This document shows positions 10,063 through 19,128 of a DNA stretch of 64,000 nt, one piece after another. Position 1 is the stretch's first letter. Each line of letters starts with the position of its first letter. The stretch is from Marinicella sp. (lineage in GTDB: Bacteria > Pseudomonadota > Gammaproteobacteria > Xanthomonadales > Marinicellaceae). The DNA lies in assembly GCA_965230295.1 (NCBI GenBank), contig OZ246001.1, forward strand, positions 1,888,001-1,952,000, written 5' to 3'. Both the position numbers and the translations under genes were made by a program. The notes under the pieces were generated by a model. The model saw nothing but the letters and a program-made list of their open reading frames with translations. It made no database searches and was not told the origin of the DNA.

Positions 10063-10821
10063 ATGAAGAGCAAATTATTAGCAGCAGTGGCCTTGGTCAG
10101 TACATCATGGATGTCACAGGCTGAGTTAACCCTGGACGGCGTGCTGGAAGCTTACATTGAAGCCAGGGGTGGTATGGAAGTGATTGAAAGCATGGACACC
10201 ATGAAAACAACCGGCAAAATGACCATGGGTGCGATGGAAGCACCTTTTGCATTTACTTACAAATCTCCAGACAAAATTTACACCACTTTCGAGATTCAAG
10301 GCATGAAAGGCATCCAGGCATACGATGGTGAAAAAGGCTGGCAAATCATGCCATTTATGGGCAAAACTGAAGCGGTTGAAATGTCTGAAGATGAGTTAAA
10401 GCAAGTCAAAGACCAGGCTGACATTGAAGGTCCTTTGGTGAACCACAAAGCCAAAGGCATCACCTTGGAGTTGGTTGGCAAAACTGAAATTGAAGGCACG
10501 CCAGTGATTGAAATCAAAGCCACCAAAAAGAATGGAGATGTGGTGGATGTGTATCTGGATGAAGAGTACATGATTGAAGTGATGACCCGCACCAAAATGA
10601 AAATGATGGGCCAGGAAGTTGAAGCTGAAACATACTTCAGTGACTACAAAGAAGTGGGTGATGCAGCGGTACCTGTGGCTCACTCTATGGCAATTAAAAT
10701 GAACGGTGCTGTGGTTCAAAACCTGACCTTGGAAAACATTGAAATTAACTTGAATGTGGATGACTCATTATTCGCTATGCCCGCAGCTGCAGAAAAAGAA
10801 GCTGCTGAAACCACTGAATAA
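10063..10821 (+). CDS. Exported protein, LolA-like/outer-membrane lipoprotein-sorting-like fold
   Basis: Signal peptide. YIEARGG, YDGEKGW, FSDYKEV and C-terminal VDDSLFAMP are typical of this family. Confidence 0.6.
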   Translation: MKSKLLAAVALVSTSWMSQAELTLDGVLEAYIEARGGMEVIESMDTMKTTGKMTMGAMEAPFAFTYKSPDKIYTTFEIQGMKGIQAYDGEKGWQIMPFMGKTEAVEMSEDELKQVKDQADIEGPLVNHKAKGITLELVGKTEIEGTPVIEIKATKKNGDVVDVYLDEEYMIEVMTRTKMKMMGQEVEAETYFSDYKEVGDAAVPVAHSMAIKMNGAVVQNLTLENIEINLNVDDSLFAMPAAAEKEAAETTE

Positions 10822-10836
10822 TACGGAGTCATAACC

Positions 10837-13800
10837 ATGAAGATAACGACGTTATGCATGGTGGCAGGTGCTTTGTTGCCTGCCACTACCTGGGCCAAAT
10901 CTCCCAAAGTCGATTCATACACTTTTGGTGGTCTACAGGCACGCGCCATAGGGCCGGCAGTGATGAGCGGACGCATTTCGGCTTTGGATGCCACTGCCAG
11001 CGACACCCCGGTGATTTATGTCGGCACAGCCAGTGGCGGGATGTGGAAATCCAAAGACGGTGGGGTTGGTTTTGAAGCCATCTTTGATGACCACAACCAG
11101 TCCATAGGTGCAGTCAAAGTAGATCCCAACAATGAATCCAATGTTTGGGTCGGTACGGGAGAATCCTGGGTCAGAAATACGGTTTCTGTAGGTGATGGAG
11201 TGTACCTGTCAACCGATGCGGGTGAAAAGTGGCAGCATTTGGGTTTGGAAAAAACTGAGCGCATAGCCGCCATCGAAGTCAGTAGCCAATCCAGTGATAC
11301 GGTTTTTGTTTGTGCCACCGGTGCTTTGTGGAGTGATGCCAAAGAAAGGGGTGTCTACCGCACCACCGATTCGGGTAAAACTTGGGACAAAGTGTTGTAT
11401 GTAGATCAAACCACCGGTTGTTCTGATTTGGTGATTGATCCCAACAACCCCAACATCATTTATGCAGGAATGTGGGAATTCCGTCGTTATCCTGATTATT
11501 TCACTTCCGGCGGTGAAGGCAGTGGCTTGTACCGCTCAATCGATGGTGGAGACAGTTGGCAGGAGTTAACCAACGGTTTACCGGAAGGAGACAAAGGACG
11601 CATCGCTTTGGCGATAGCCAATTCTCAAAGCACCACCATTTATGCCACTGTCGAAGCCAAAGAAACGGCTTTGTACCGCAGTGATGACATGGGTAAAAGC
11701 TGGCAGAAGAAATCTGATGCTGGTATGGTGCAGATGCGACCCTTTTATTTTGGTGAGTTAAAAGTAGACCCCACTGACCCGGAACGGGTCTATAAACCCA
11801 GTTTCATCACAGTCACCAGTGTCGACGGTGGTGAGACATTTACATCCATGTTTGGTGGTGGTTTTAACATACCCATTCACCCAGATCACCATGCATTGTG
11901 GATCAATGACAACAACCCCAACCAATTGGTTTTGGGCACCGATGGTGGTGTTTACATCAGTTACAACAAAGGTGGTAACTGGCGCATGGTAGGCACTTTA
12001 CCTGTCAGTCAGTTTTATCACGTTTCACACGATGACCAGTGGCCTTATCACGTTTATGGTGGTTTGCAAGACAATGGTTCCTGGGAAGGGCCCTCAAGAG
12101 CGCCAGGTGGCATTAAACCAGGTGATTGGAATTCTATTGGAATGGGTGATGGATTTTGGGCATTTGTTGATAAACAAGATCACAACACCATTTATTCTGA
12201 ATACCAAGGTGGTAAATTGCTGCGCTTAAATCGCAACATTGGTGAATTGAAAAACATCCCGCCTGTCGCAGGTGAAGGTGAAGAGAAATTACGCTTCAAT
12301 TGGAACACCCCGTTGTTGGTCAGTGAAGCCAATATAGGCACCATATACTATGGCTCACAATATCTGCACAAATCAACCGACAAGGGTGAATCTTGGCAAA
12401 CCATATCTCCAGATTTAACCACCGATGATCCCAAGCGCCAAAGACAAGCGAGTACCGGTGGCATCACCATTGATAACTCAACGGCAGAAAACAACGCCAC
12501 CATCTACACCATAGCGGAATCTAAACTAGATCAGCAATTGTTGTGGGTGGGATCAGATGATGGCTTGATACATGTCTCTAAAAATGCCGGTGACAGTTGG
12601 CAAAATGTGGGTAAAAACATCAAAGGCGTCCCTAAAGGTACTTGGGTTTCTCGAATCACCGCCAGCCACCATGATGCCGGTACGGCTTTTGTGACTTTTG
12701 ACGGGCACCGCACGGGTGACATGAAAACCTATACTTTCCGTACCGATGACTATGGCCAAACATGGCAAGCCTTGGCTGCCAATGATTTGGGTTATGCCTG
12801 GGTCCTGAAGCAAGATCCTGTGAACCCTGACTTGTTGTTCTTGGGGACTGAGTTTGGCTTGTACATCAGTTTGGATGGTGGTGCCAATTGGGCCAGATTC
12901 AAAGAGAATTTGCCCAAAGTGGCGATTCATGATTTGGTTATTCATCCCACAGAACACGATGTGATTTTGGGTACCCATGGGCGGGGTGTTTACATCATTG
13001 ATGACATTTCTCCATTGCGTGAACTGACCCAAGAGAAGTTGACAGAGAATGTGGTGATGTTGCCTTCAAGGGCAGCAGTGATGGTTGAAGGTGGTGCGTT
13101 ACAGAGCTTTTCTGGTGGCGATGATTTCATTGGTGCCAATCCTTCAGAAGTGGCTGTGATCACCTACTATTTGAAAAAGCGCCACATGTTTGGTGACATG
13201 AAAATCAATATATTAGATGAAAACGATCAAATCATCACCACCTTGGTGGCTGGTAAAAGACGCGGGATTAATCGCGTGGATTGGCCAATGCGATTGAAAG
13301 CACCTAAATTCCCACCATCAACTTCATTGGTCCCTGGCTTTTTAGGCCCTCGGGTTGCAGAAGGAACTTACAAAGTAGAACTCGTCAAAGGTAAGAAGAA
13401 GTATTATTCTACGGTTGATTTGGTTCCTGACCCACGTTCTGAGCACACCGCAGCAGATCGTCAAGCACAACAACAATTATCGATGCAATTGTACGATGCG
13501 ATCAATGATTTGACCTTCCAATTGAGTCAGTTGAAAGACGTGGTGACTCAGTTGAACGAAAAGGAAAACTTGCAGTCTTCGGTACAAAAGAAAGCCGATC
13601 GATTTGAGTCAGCCTATAAAGACCTGAATGCCAAATTCACCGCCACCAAAAAAGGCCTGATTACCGGTGAATCAAAACTGCGAGAGCAATTGGGTACCTT
13701 GTTTGGCAATGTGGTTGGCTACAACGGTAAACCCAGCCAAACACAGTATCAAATGGCAGATAACCTGGTTGATGAAGTCGCTGTGGCCCTCAAAGAAGGT

Positions 13801-13968
13801 CAGGCCTTGCTTGATAAGCAATTACCTGGCTTGAACAAAGCGCTGGGTGATGAACATGGCATCAAGTTGTTAGACCGTGCCACCTGGAATGAGAAAAATG
13901 GCATGGGTTTGGCTTCACCACCAGTCAATAAAGCCTGGTTGGTCAATGGCATGCACATTCACCATTGA
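10837..13968 (+). CDS. Secreted BNR/Asp-box repeat (VPS10/sortilin-like) beta-propeller protein
   Basis: Signal peptide. RAIGPAVMSGRI, many SxDxGxxW Asp-boxes, GGLQDNGSW, RFNWNTP and THGRG. Confidence 0.88.
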   Translation: MKITTLCMVAGALLPATTWAKSPKVDSYTFGGLQARAIGPAVMSGRISALDATASDTPVIYVGTASGGMWKSKDGGVGFEAIFDDHNQSIGAVKVDPNNESNVWVGTGESWVRNTVSVGDGVYLSTDAGEKWQHLGLEKTERIAAIEVSSQSSDTVFVCATGALWSDAKERGVYRTTDSGKTWDKVLYVDQTTGCSDLVIDPNNPNIIYAGMWEFRRYPDYFTSGGEGSGLYRSIDGGDSWQELTNGLPEGDKGRIALAIANSQSTTIYATVEAKETALYRSDDMGKSWQKKSDAGMVQMRPFYFGELKVDPTDPERVYKPSFITVTSVDGGETFTSMFGGGFNIPIHPDHHALWINDNNPNQLVLGTDGGVYISYNKGGNWRMVGTLPVSQFYHVSHDDQWPYHVYGGLQDNGSWEGPSRAPGGIKPGDWNSIGMGDGFWAFVDKQDHNTIYSEYQGGKLLRLNRNIGELKNIPPVAGEGEEKLRFNWNTPLLVSEANIGTIYYGSQYLHKSTDKGESWQTISPDLTTDDPKRQRQASTGGITIDNSTAENNATIYTIAESKLDQQLLWVGSDDGLIHVSKNAGDSWQNVGKNIKGVPKGTWVSRITASHHDAGTAFVTFDGHRTGDMKTYTFRTDDYGQTWQALAANDLGYAWVLKQDPVNPDLLFLGTEFGLYISLDGGANWARFKENLPKVAIHDLVIHPTEHDVILGTHGRGVYIIDDISPLRELTQEKLTENVVMLPSRAAVMVEGGALQSFSGGDDFIGANPSEVAVITYYLKKRHMFGDMKINILDENDQIITTLVAGKRRGINRVDWPMRLKAPKFPPSTSLVPGFLGPRVAEGTYKVELVKGKKKYYSTVDLVPDPRSEHTAADRQAQQQLSMQLYDAINDLTFQLSQLKDVVTQLNEKENLQSSVQKKADRFESAYKDLNAKFTATKKGLITGESKLREQLGTLFGNVVGYNGKPSQTQYQMADNLVDEVAVALKEGQALLDKQLPGLNKALGDEHGIKLLDRATWNEKNGMGLASPPVNKAWLVNGMHIHH

Positions 13969-13995
13969 TTCAAGCCAATAATTGTCAATAGCATG

Positions 13996-14019
13996 AGGGG
14001 CTGAACCAGCCCCTTTCTT
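13996..14019 (+). terminator. Terminator-like hairpin after the BNR protein gene
   Basis: AGGGGCTG-AAC-CAGCCCCT followed by TTCTT. Confidence 0.55.
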
Positions 14020-14478
14020 ATGAATATTCGTATTGTCCAAGCCAAGCAAGAACAAGCTCAGTTACTGAGTGAATTGGCCCTTCGGTCCAAAGCCTACTGG
14101 AATTATTCGGGTTCATTCATGCAAGCTGTGACTGCTGAACTCACCTACACGGCAGAAGACCTCAAGATTCACCCCACGTTTGTGGCAGAGGAGGGTGAAC
14201 GTGTTGTTGGTTTTTATCAATTGGTGGCACTTGATTCAAAGGAAGTTGAATTGGAGGCGATGTTTGTGGATCCGGATTACCTGAGAAATGGGGTTGGCGT
14301 TCAGTTGTTCACCCATGCCACGCAAGTGGCCAAAGGACATGGGTTTAAAATCATGAAAGTTCAATCAGACCCCAATGCAACAGATTTTTATCTGCGGCAA
14401 GGCTGTGATCAATTGGGTGAGTCGGCATCCCTCAGTATCCCTGGTCGTTATTTGCCTTTATTAGAATATAAGCTCTGA
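14020..14478 (+). CDS. GNAT family N-acetyltransferase
   Basis: RSKAYWNY, MFVDPDYLRNGVG (motif A) and SDPNATDFY. Confidence 0.9.
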   Translation: MNIRIVQAKQEQAQLLSELALRSKAYWNYSGSFMQAVTAELTYTAEDLKIHPTFVAEEGERVVGFYQLVALDSKEVELEAMFVDPDYLRNGVGVQLFTHATQVAKGHGFKIMKVQSDPNATDFYLRQGCDQLGESASLSIPGRYLPLLEYKL

Positions 14479-14486
14479 ACGGAAGG

Positions 14487-15077
14487 TCAGTATTCCAGAG
14501 CATCAAATTCCTGGATGTTTTTCAGCAGCAACAGGGTACTTTTTTCAATTTGTACACGGTCTCCTGAGTCAGCCAACTGTCGCATGGAGTCGGTGATGGC
14601 AATCCACCAACGCATGTGACCGGCGCTCAGTTGAGCTGCCACTGGCACCAGATCACGCACCAGCGCCAAGGAATGGATACAGGTTTTTTTCAAGAACACC
14701 ATGCTTTCCAAGTCCAATTCATTGTTTTCGACTTGTTCTATGAAACGGGTGATGATGGTTGGGTCTTTTTCCAGTGCAACCGAGGGCATGGGTTCGGCAT
14801 GTTGATCCAGAAAACCTATGTCTAAATAAGACAAAAAGCTCCTTAAAGAGCCACGCAGGGACAACCACAACTCATTTTTACGTTGCATTTCCCGAGATTT
14901 CTGGAAGTAGCTTAACAGTCCAATCCAGAAAAAGCCTTCTAAACAAAAGCCAATGAGTTCAGGAACCAGGTTGTCTCTGAAGGCATGCTCGGTGTTTTGT
15001 GCCATGAAATACTGAAACAACAAAAAGGCAGCCAGACCAAACACCGCCATGGGGGCGTACATCAGGTATTTACTCAT
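14487..15077 (-). CDS. Hypothetical membrane protein (two N-terminal TM helices)
   Basis: 196-aa ORF whose start overlaps the end of the upstream gene by 8 bp. Two hydrophobic stretches, then a helical soluble part. Confidence 0.7.
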   Translation of the reverse strand: MSKYLMYAPMAVFGLAAFLLFQYFMAQNTEHAFRDNLVPELIGFCLEGFFWIGLLSYFQKSREMQRKNELWLSLRGSLRSFLSYLDIGFLDQHAEPMPSVALEKDPTIITRFIEQVENNELDLESMVFLKKTCIHSLALVRDLVPVAAQLSAGHMRWWIAITDSMRQLADSGDRVQIEKSTLLLLKNIQEFDALEY

Positions 15078-15633
15078 TTCGTTCTCCGTCTACCTGGCCT
15101 TCCTGAACATAGGCTTTGACCACATCAACGATCTTTTTGGCTTCAACGGCAGTCAGGTTCAGGGGCAACCCCTGTAAATAAACAATCAAACCATCACGCA
15201 ATGGAATGGGGATGATGTCATCCTGCGTGCCTGCATGATGAAGGGCAATGGATTCCAGGGCTTTTTGTTCTTCTTGATCTCTTTTTTGCACCTGCTTAGC
15301 TGGAGCCAGGTTGCTACCGGTTGAAGTGAATGTTTCCGGATCCCTGAGCCAGCAAAAATAATCATCCAGAGCCGCTTTGAGCCGGGAGTTATAAAGATTC
15401 ATGGCTTCTTCTCGAATCGATGAATCTTCCAATTTATGAATTCTGGAACACAGCTCGTCGATATCCAACTGCCGCAGGTTGATGCGTTCCTCGGCATTGA
15501 GGTGATCCAGCAGCTTTTCTGCTGCGGTTTTTCTGCTGCGGGCTACACCAGGATTCATGATGCCAGTGACGGCAGCTTCCTTGAGAAAGTTCAGTAAGCC
15601 ATTTTTGCTGTAATCCAGGTCGCCCATCTTCAC
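15070..15633 (-). CDS. Hypothetical protein (helical N-domain, C-terminal IPIPLR...LPxxLTxxEAxKI domain)
   Basis: 187-aa ORF in an operon with the downstream membrane-protein gene. No catalytic motif recognised. Confidence 0.7.
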   Translation of the reverse strand: MKMGDLDYSKNGLLNFLKEAAVTGIMNPGVARSRKTAAEKLLDHLNAEERINLRQLDIDELCSRIHKLEDSSIREEAMNLYNSRLKAALDDYFCWLRDPETFTSTGSNLAPAKQVQKRDQEEQKALESIALHHAGTQDDIIPIPLRDGLIVYLQGLPLNLTAVEAKKIVDVVKAYVQEGQVDGERNE

Positions 15634-15692
15634 ACTCGTATCGAAAAATTAGATTATAATCCTAACGATCATGCAACACAAAAGTTATCAAT

Positions 15693-17387
15693 ATGTCGAA
15701 AATTACCTTAATCTCATTGTTCTTATTCTTATCCGCGAGGCCTGTTTTGGCTGCTGACCGAGTCACTGGTTATGACTTTGCAACCCGGTCCCCGGTGTTG
15801 GCCAGTCAAGCAATGGCCGCCACATCACAACCTTTGGCCACCCAAGTGGCTCTTGATGTCATGAAACAAGGAGGCAATGCCATTGATGCGGCCATAGCTG
15901 CCAATGCCATGCTGGGCTTGGTCGAACCGACTGGTAATGGTATCGGTGGAGATTTATTTGCCATTGTGTGGGATGCAAAAAGTAAAAAACTGTATGGTTT
16001 GAATGGGTCTGGACGGTCTCCTAAATCCCTCAGCCGGCAATGGTTTATTGACAACGGGTATGAAAAAATTCCTTCTCATGGCCCCCTGCCTGTCTCTGTG
16101 CCAGGCACTGTGGATGGCTGGTTTATGCTGCATGATAGGTTTGGAAAATTGCCCATCAAACAAGTGTTACAACCCACCATTGAATATGCTGAACAAGGGT
16201 TTCCTGTCACACAATTAATTGCCTATTACTGGAACCGATCGGTACCCATTCTAAGCAAGTACCCTGGATTTACTGAGCAGTACACCCTATCAGGCCGAGC
16301 ACCCAAAGAAGGTGAAATTTGGCGCAACCAGAATTTGGCCAACACCTTGAAAGCAGTGGTTAAAGGAGGCAGGGATGCTTTTTACAAAGGTGAAATAGCC
16401 CAAATCATCAGTGCCTATATGCAGGCCAATGGCGGGTTCCTCAGTTATGAAGACCTGGCCAGCCACCAAGGTGAGTGGGTGGATCCGTTGAGCACCAATT
16501 ACCGAGGTTATGATGTTTGGGAGTTGCCCCCCAATGGACAAGGTATTGCGGCACTACAAATCCTCAACATCATTGAACAGCATGACTTGAGTGGCATGCG
16601 ACAAGATTCAGCAGAGTATGTTCACTTGTTTACTGAAGCCAAAAAAGTGGTGTTTGAAGATCGGGCTAAATATTACGCAGATCCAGCTTTCAATGACATC
16701 CCAGTGGCGGCGTTGATTTCTAAGGCATATGCCAAACAACGTGGTGCCCTGATAGACCTGAATAAAGCCGGTAAACATTTTCCTGCCGGCAATCCGGCTT
16801 TGGATCACGGTGACACCATTTATTTAACCACAGCAGACAGTGAAGGCAACATGGTCTCATTGATTCAAAGTAATTACCGAGGCATGGGTTCAGGCATGAC
16901 ACCAACGGGGCTTGGATTTATTTTGCAAGACCGGGGTGAAATGTTTTCATTGGAAGCGGGGCATTTCAATGAATTTGAAGGTGGTAAAAGACCGTTTCAT
17001 ACAATCATCCCGGCCTTCATCACCAAAGACAACCAACCCTGGGTCAGTTTTGGCTTGATGGGTGGCGCCATGCAACCGCAAGGTCACGCCCAAATTGTGA
17101 TCAATATGGTTGATTTTGGTATGGATGTACAGGCCGCTGGTGATGCACCACGCATTCACCACACCGGTTCATCTGAGCCCACAGGTGAAGTGATGAACAA
17201 TGGCGGTATTTTGAACCTGGAAACCGGCTTTCCCTATGCGACCATCAGGGCCTTGATGAGAAAAGGGCATAAAATCCAGTATGCCAATGGCCCATACGGT
17301 GGCTATCAAGCGATCATGAGGGCGCCCAATGGGGTTTACTGGGGGGCATCTGAGTCCAGAAAAGATGGGCAGGCAGCGGGTTATTAG
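15693..17387 (+). CDS. ggt: Gamma-glutamyltransferase (exported)
   Basis: Signal peptide. GGNAIDAAIA, GIGGDLF, ELPPNGQG, nucleophile DT (HGDTIY), KRPFHTIIP and MGGAMQPQG. Confidence 0.95.
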   Translation: MSKITLISLFLFLSARPVLAADRVTGYDFATRSPVLASQAMAATSQPLATQVALDVMKQGGNAIDAAIAANAMLGLVEPTGNGIGGDLFAIVWDAKSKKLYGLNGSGRSPKSLSRQWFIDNGYEKIPSHGPLPVSVPGTVDGWFMLHDRFGKLPIKQVLQPTIEYAEQGFPVTQLIAYYWNRSVPILSKYPGFTEQYTLSGRAPKEGEIWRNQNLANTLKAVVKGGRDAFYKGEIAQIISAYMQANGGFLSYEDLASHQGEWVDPLSTNYRGYDVWELPPNGQGIAALQILNIIEQHDLSGMRQDSAEYVHLFTEAKKVVFEDRAKYYADPAFNDIPVAALISKAYAKQRGALIDLNKAGKHFPAGNPALDHGDTIYLTTADSEGNMVSLIQSNYRGMGSGMTPTGLGFILQDRGEMFSLEAGHFNEFEGGKRPFHTIIPAFITKDNQPWVSFGLMGGAMQPQGHAQIVINMVDFGMDVQAAGDAPRIHHTGSSEPTGEVMNNGGILNLETGFPYATIRALMRKGHKIQYANGPYGGYQAIMRAPNGVYWGASESRKDGQAAGY

Positions 17388-17576
17388 AAAAAAATAAAAC
17401 TCAGTCAGGAAACCAATGGATGAACAAACTGTTTGATTCATGAATTTATTATTGTCTTTTACGTACATTTTCAGTAGTATGGTTAAAAAGAAATACTAAA
17501 ACGAATTAACAAGGATGTTCAATTTTGATTTTCAATTTGGCTCACCTTAATAATTCCTTTATCAGCCAATCAAACC

Positions 17577-18221
17577 ATGAAAAAAATAATCACAACAGTC
17601 AGTGCCATGACGCTGACCATTCCTTCTGGATCCTCCACAGCTGCAGATTCAAGTTATGAGCCCATCACAACAGAAGACATCGAGTTGATCTATGCCGAAG
17701 GTGAAAACTTCAAAGGCAGTGGCTTCATTGACTTAGACGTACAAAAGACGGTGTTGTTGTCCTATGATGCGGATGGCAGCGGTGATGTGACGTTAGGCGA
17801 TGAGTTGAAATATTCAGTACTGGTGACCAATCTTGATAGCGTTGAAGCATCTGATGTGGTATTGCTGGATTTTCTCGAAAGTAAAATTGAGTTGAACTTA
17901 GGTACTGTGGCCATCACCCAAGGATTCGTCGTTTCTGGTAATGGCATGTCTGATGACAGCAGCTTGGTACATGTTGACTTTGGCAACATAGCGCCCAATT
18001 GGTTTGCTTTGGTCGACTTTGATGTAACGGTTACTGATTTGCGACCTGGGTATAATTTGATCGAAAATTCTGCTGAAGTTTATGGCCCATCAGGATCCTT
18101 CTTCGTTTCTGATGATCCAACAACACCCTTATTTGACCCCACCCAAATAGATGCTTATGGCGCTTATCCGGATTTGATTTTCGAAGGCGGTTTCGAATTC
18201 AATGGCAGTGGTGGCTTTTAA
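17577..18221 (+). CDS. Secreted DUF11-like Ig-fold protein with DLIFEGGFE tail
   Basis: Signal-like N-terminus. DLDVQKTV, GDELKYSVLVTN and DVVLLD resemble DUF11. Ends PDLIFEGGFEFNGSGGF. Confidence 0.7.
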   Translation: MKKIITTVSAMTLTIPSGSSTAADSSYEPITTEDIELIYAEGENFKGSGFIDLDVQKTVLLSYDADGSGDVTLGDELKYSVLVTNLDSVEASDVVLLDFLESKIELNLGTVAITQGFVVSGNGMSDDSSLVHVDFGNIAPNWFALVDFDVTVTDLRPGYNLIENSAEVYGPSGSFFVSDDPTTPLFDPTQIDAYGAYPDLIFEGGFEFNGSGGF

Positions 18222-18256
18222 GTAATGTAAATATGGGTCGTTACCATTAACAGCTG

Positions 18257-19126
18257 ATGGAAAGGTATGATGCAGAAAACAGATTTCATGCTTGGTATGA
18301 GCATTGGCATCGTTACCATTGGTTAGCCCCCCTGATCAAAGATCAAGTTGTGGCCGATTTGGCTTGTGGAGAAGGTTATGGCAGTGCCTTATTGGCACAA
18401 CATGCCAAAGAGATTTTTGCCATTGACATTGACCAGACAACCATCGATGCGGCCAGCAGGAACTATCCAGTAAGCCACTTGAAGTTTCTGCAAGCAGACG
18501 TTCTGGAAACGCCCCTTGAACAAAACAGCCTGGATGTGGTGGTTTCATTTGAAACCTTGGAGCACCTGGTTGAACAGCAACAACTTTTGGACGAATTCAA
18601 CCGCATATTAAAACCCCAAGGTGTCCTGGTTTTGTCCACTCCGGATAAAAATGTCTACTCCGGTGAGCACCACCACAATGAATTTCATGAGAAGGAATTG
18701 AGTGCCGATGAATTCACCGCATTGGTTGAGAAAAACTTTACCCATGTGCATTACTTTGGTCAGGAATTACAGACCGTATCTTTGTTGTCACCGATGAACA
18801 CAAACTCAGGGTTGCAACAAACAAAGCCAGTATATGTTGACCAAGACAATGCCTTCAAGCCTCATGCCAAATTAAGCAAACCCACTTATATGATTGCTGT
18901 GGCCAGTCACAATGAGTCGGCCTTGTTGCCATTTCAGCAATTAGGTGCCAGCTATTTCAACGATGTGAATAACAGTTTGTTTCAACATTATGAAAAGCAG
19001 GTTGCGGATTTTTTGTCAACCGATCAACAACTTATTGAAGCGAAACAACAATTGGTTTCATTGAAAAATCAAGTCAAGCAACAAAGTATGGTGATCAGTC
19101 AGCTTCAAGCCAGGTTGGGCCTTTGA
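18257..19126 (+). CDS. Class I SAM-dependent methyltransferase with C-terminal coiled coil
   Basis: EHWHRY, DLACGEGYG, SFETLEH, LSTP and NEFH motifs. Heptad-rich tail. Confidence 0.88.
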   Translation: MERYDAENRFHAWYEHWHRYHWLAPLIKDQVVADLACGEGYGSALLAQHAKEIFAIDIDQTTIDAASRNYPVSHLKFLQADVLETPLEQNSLDVVVSFETLEHLVEQQQLLDEFNRILKPQGVLVLSTPDKNVYSGEHHHNEFHEKELSADEFTALVEKNFTHVHYFGQELQTVSLLSPMNTNSGLQQTKPVYVDQDNAFKPHAKLSKPTYMIAVASHNESALLPFQQLGASYFNDVNNSLFQHYEKQVADFLSTDQQLIEAKQQLVSLKNQVKQQSMVISQLQARLGL

Positions 19127-19128
19127 GG

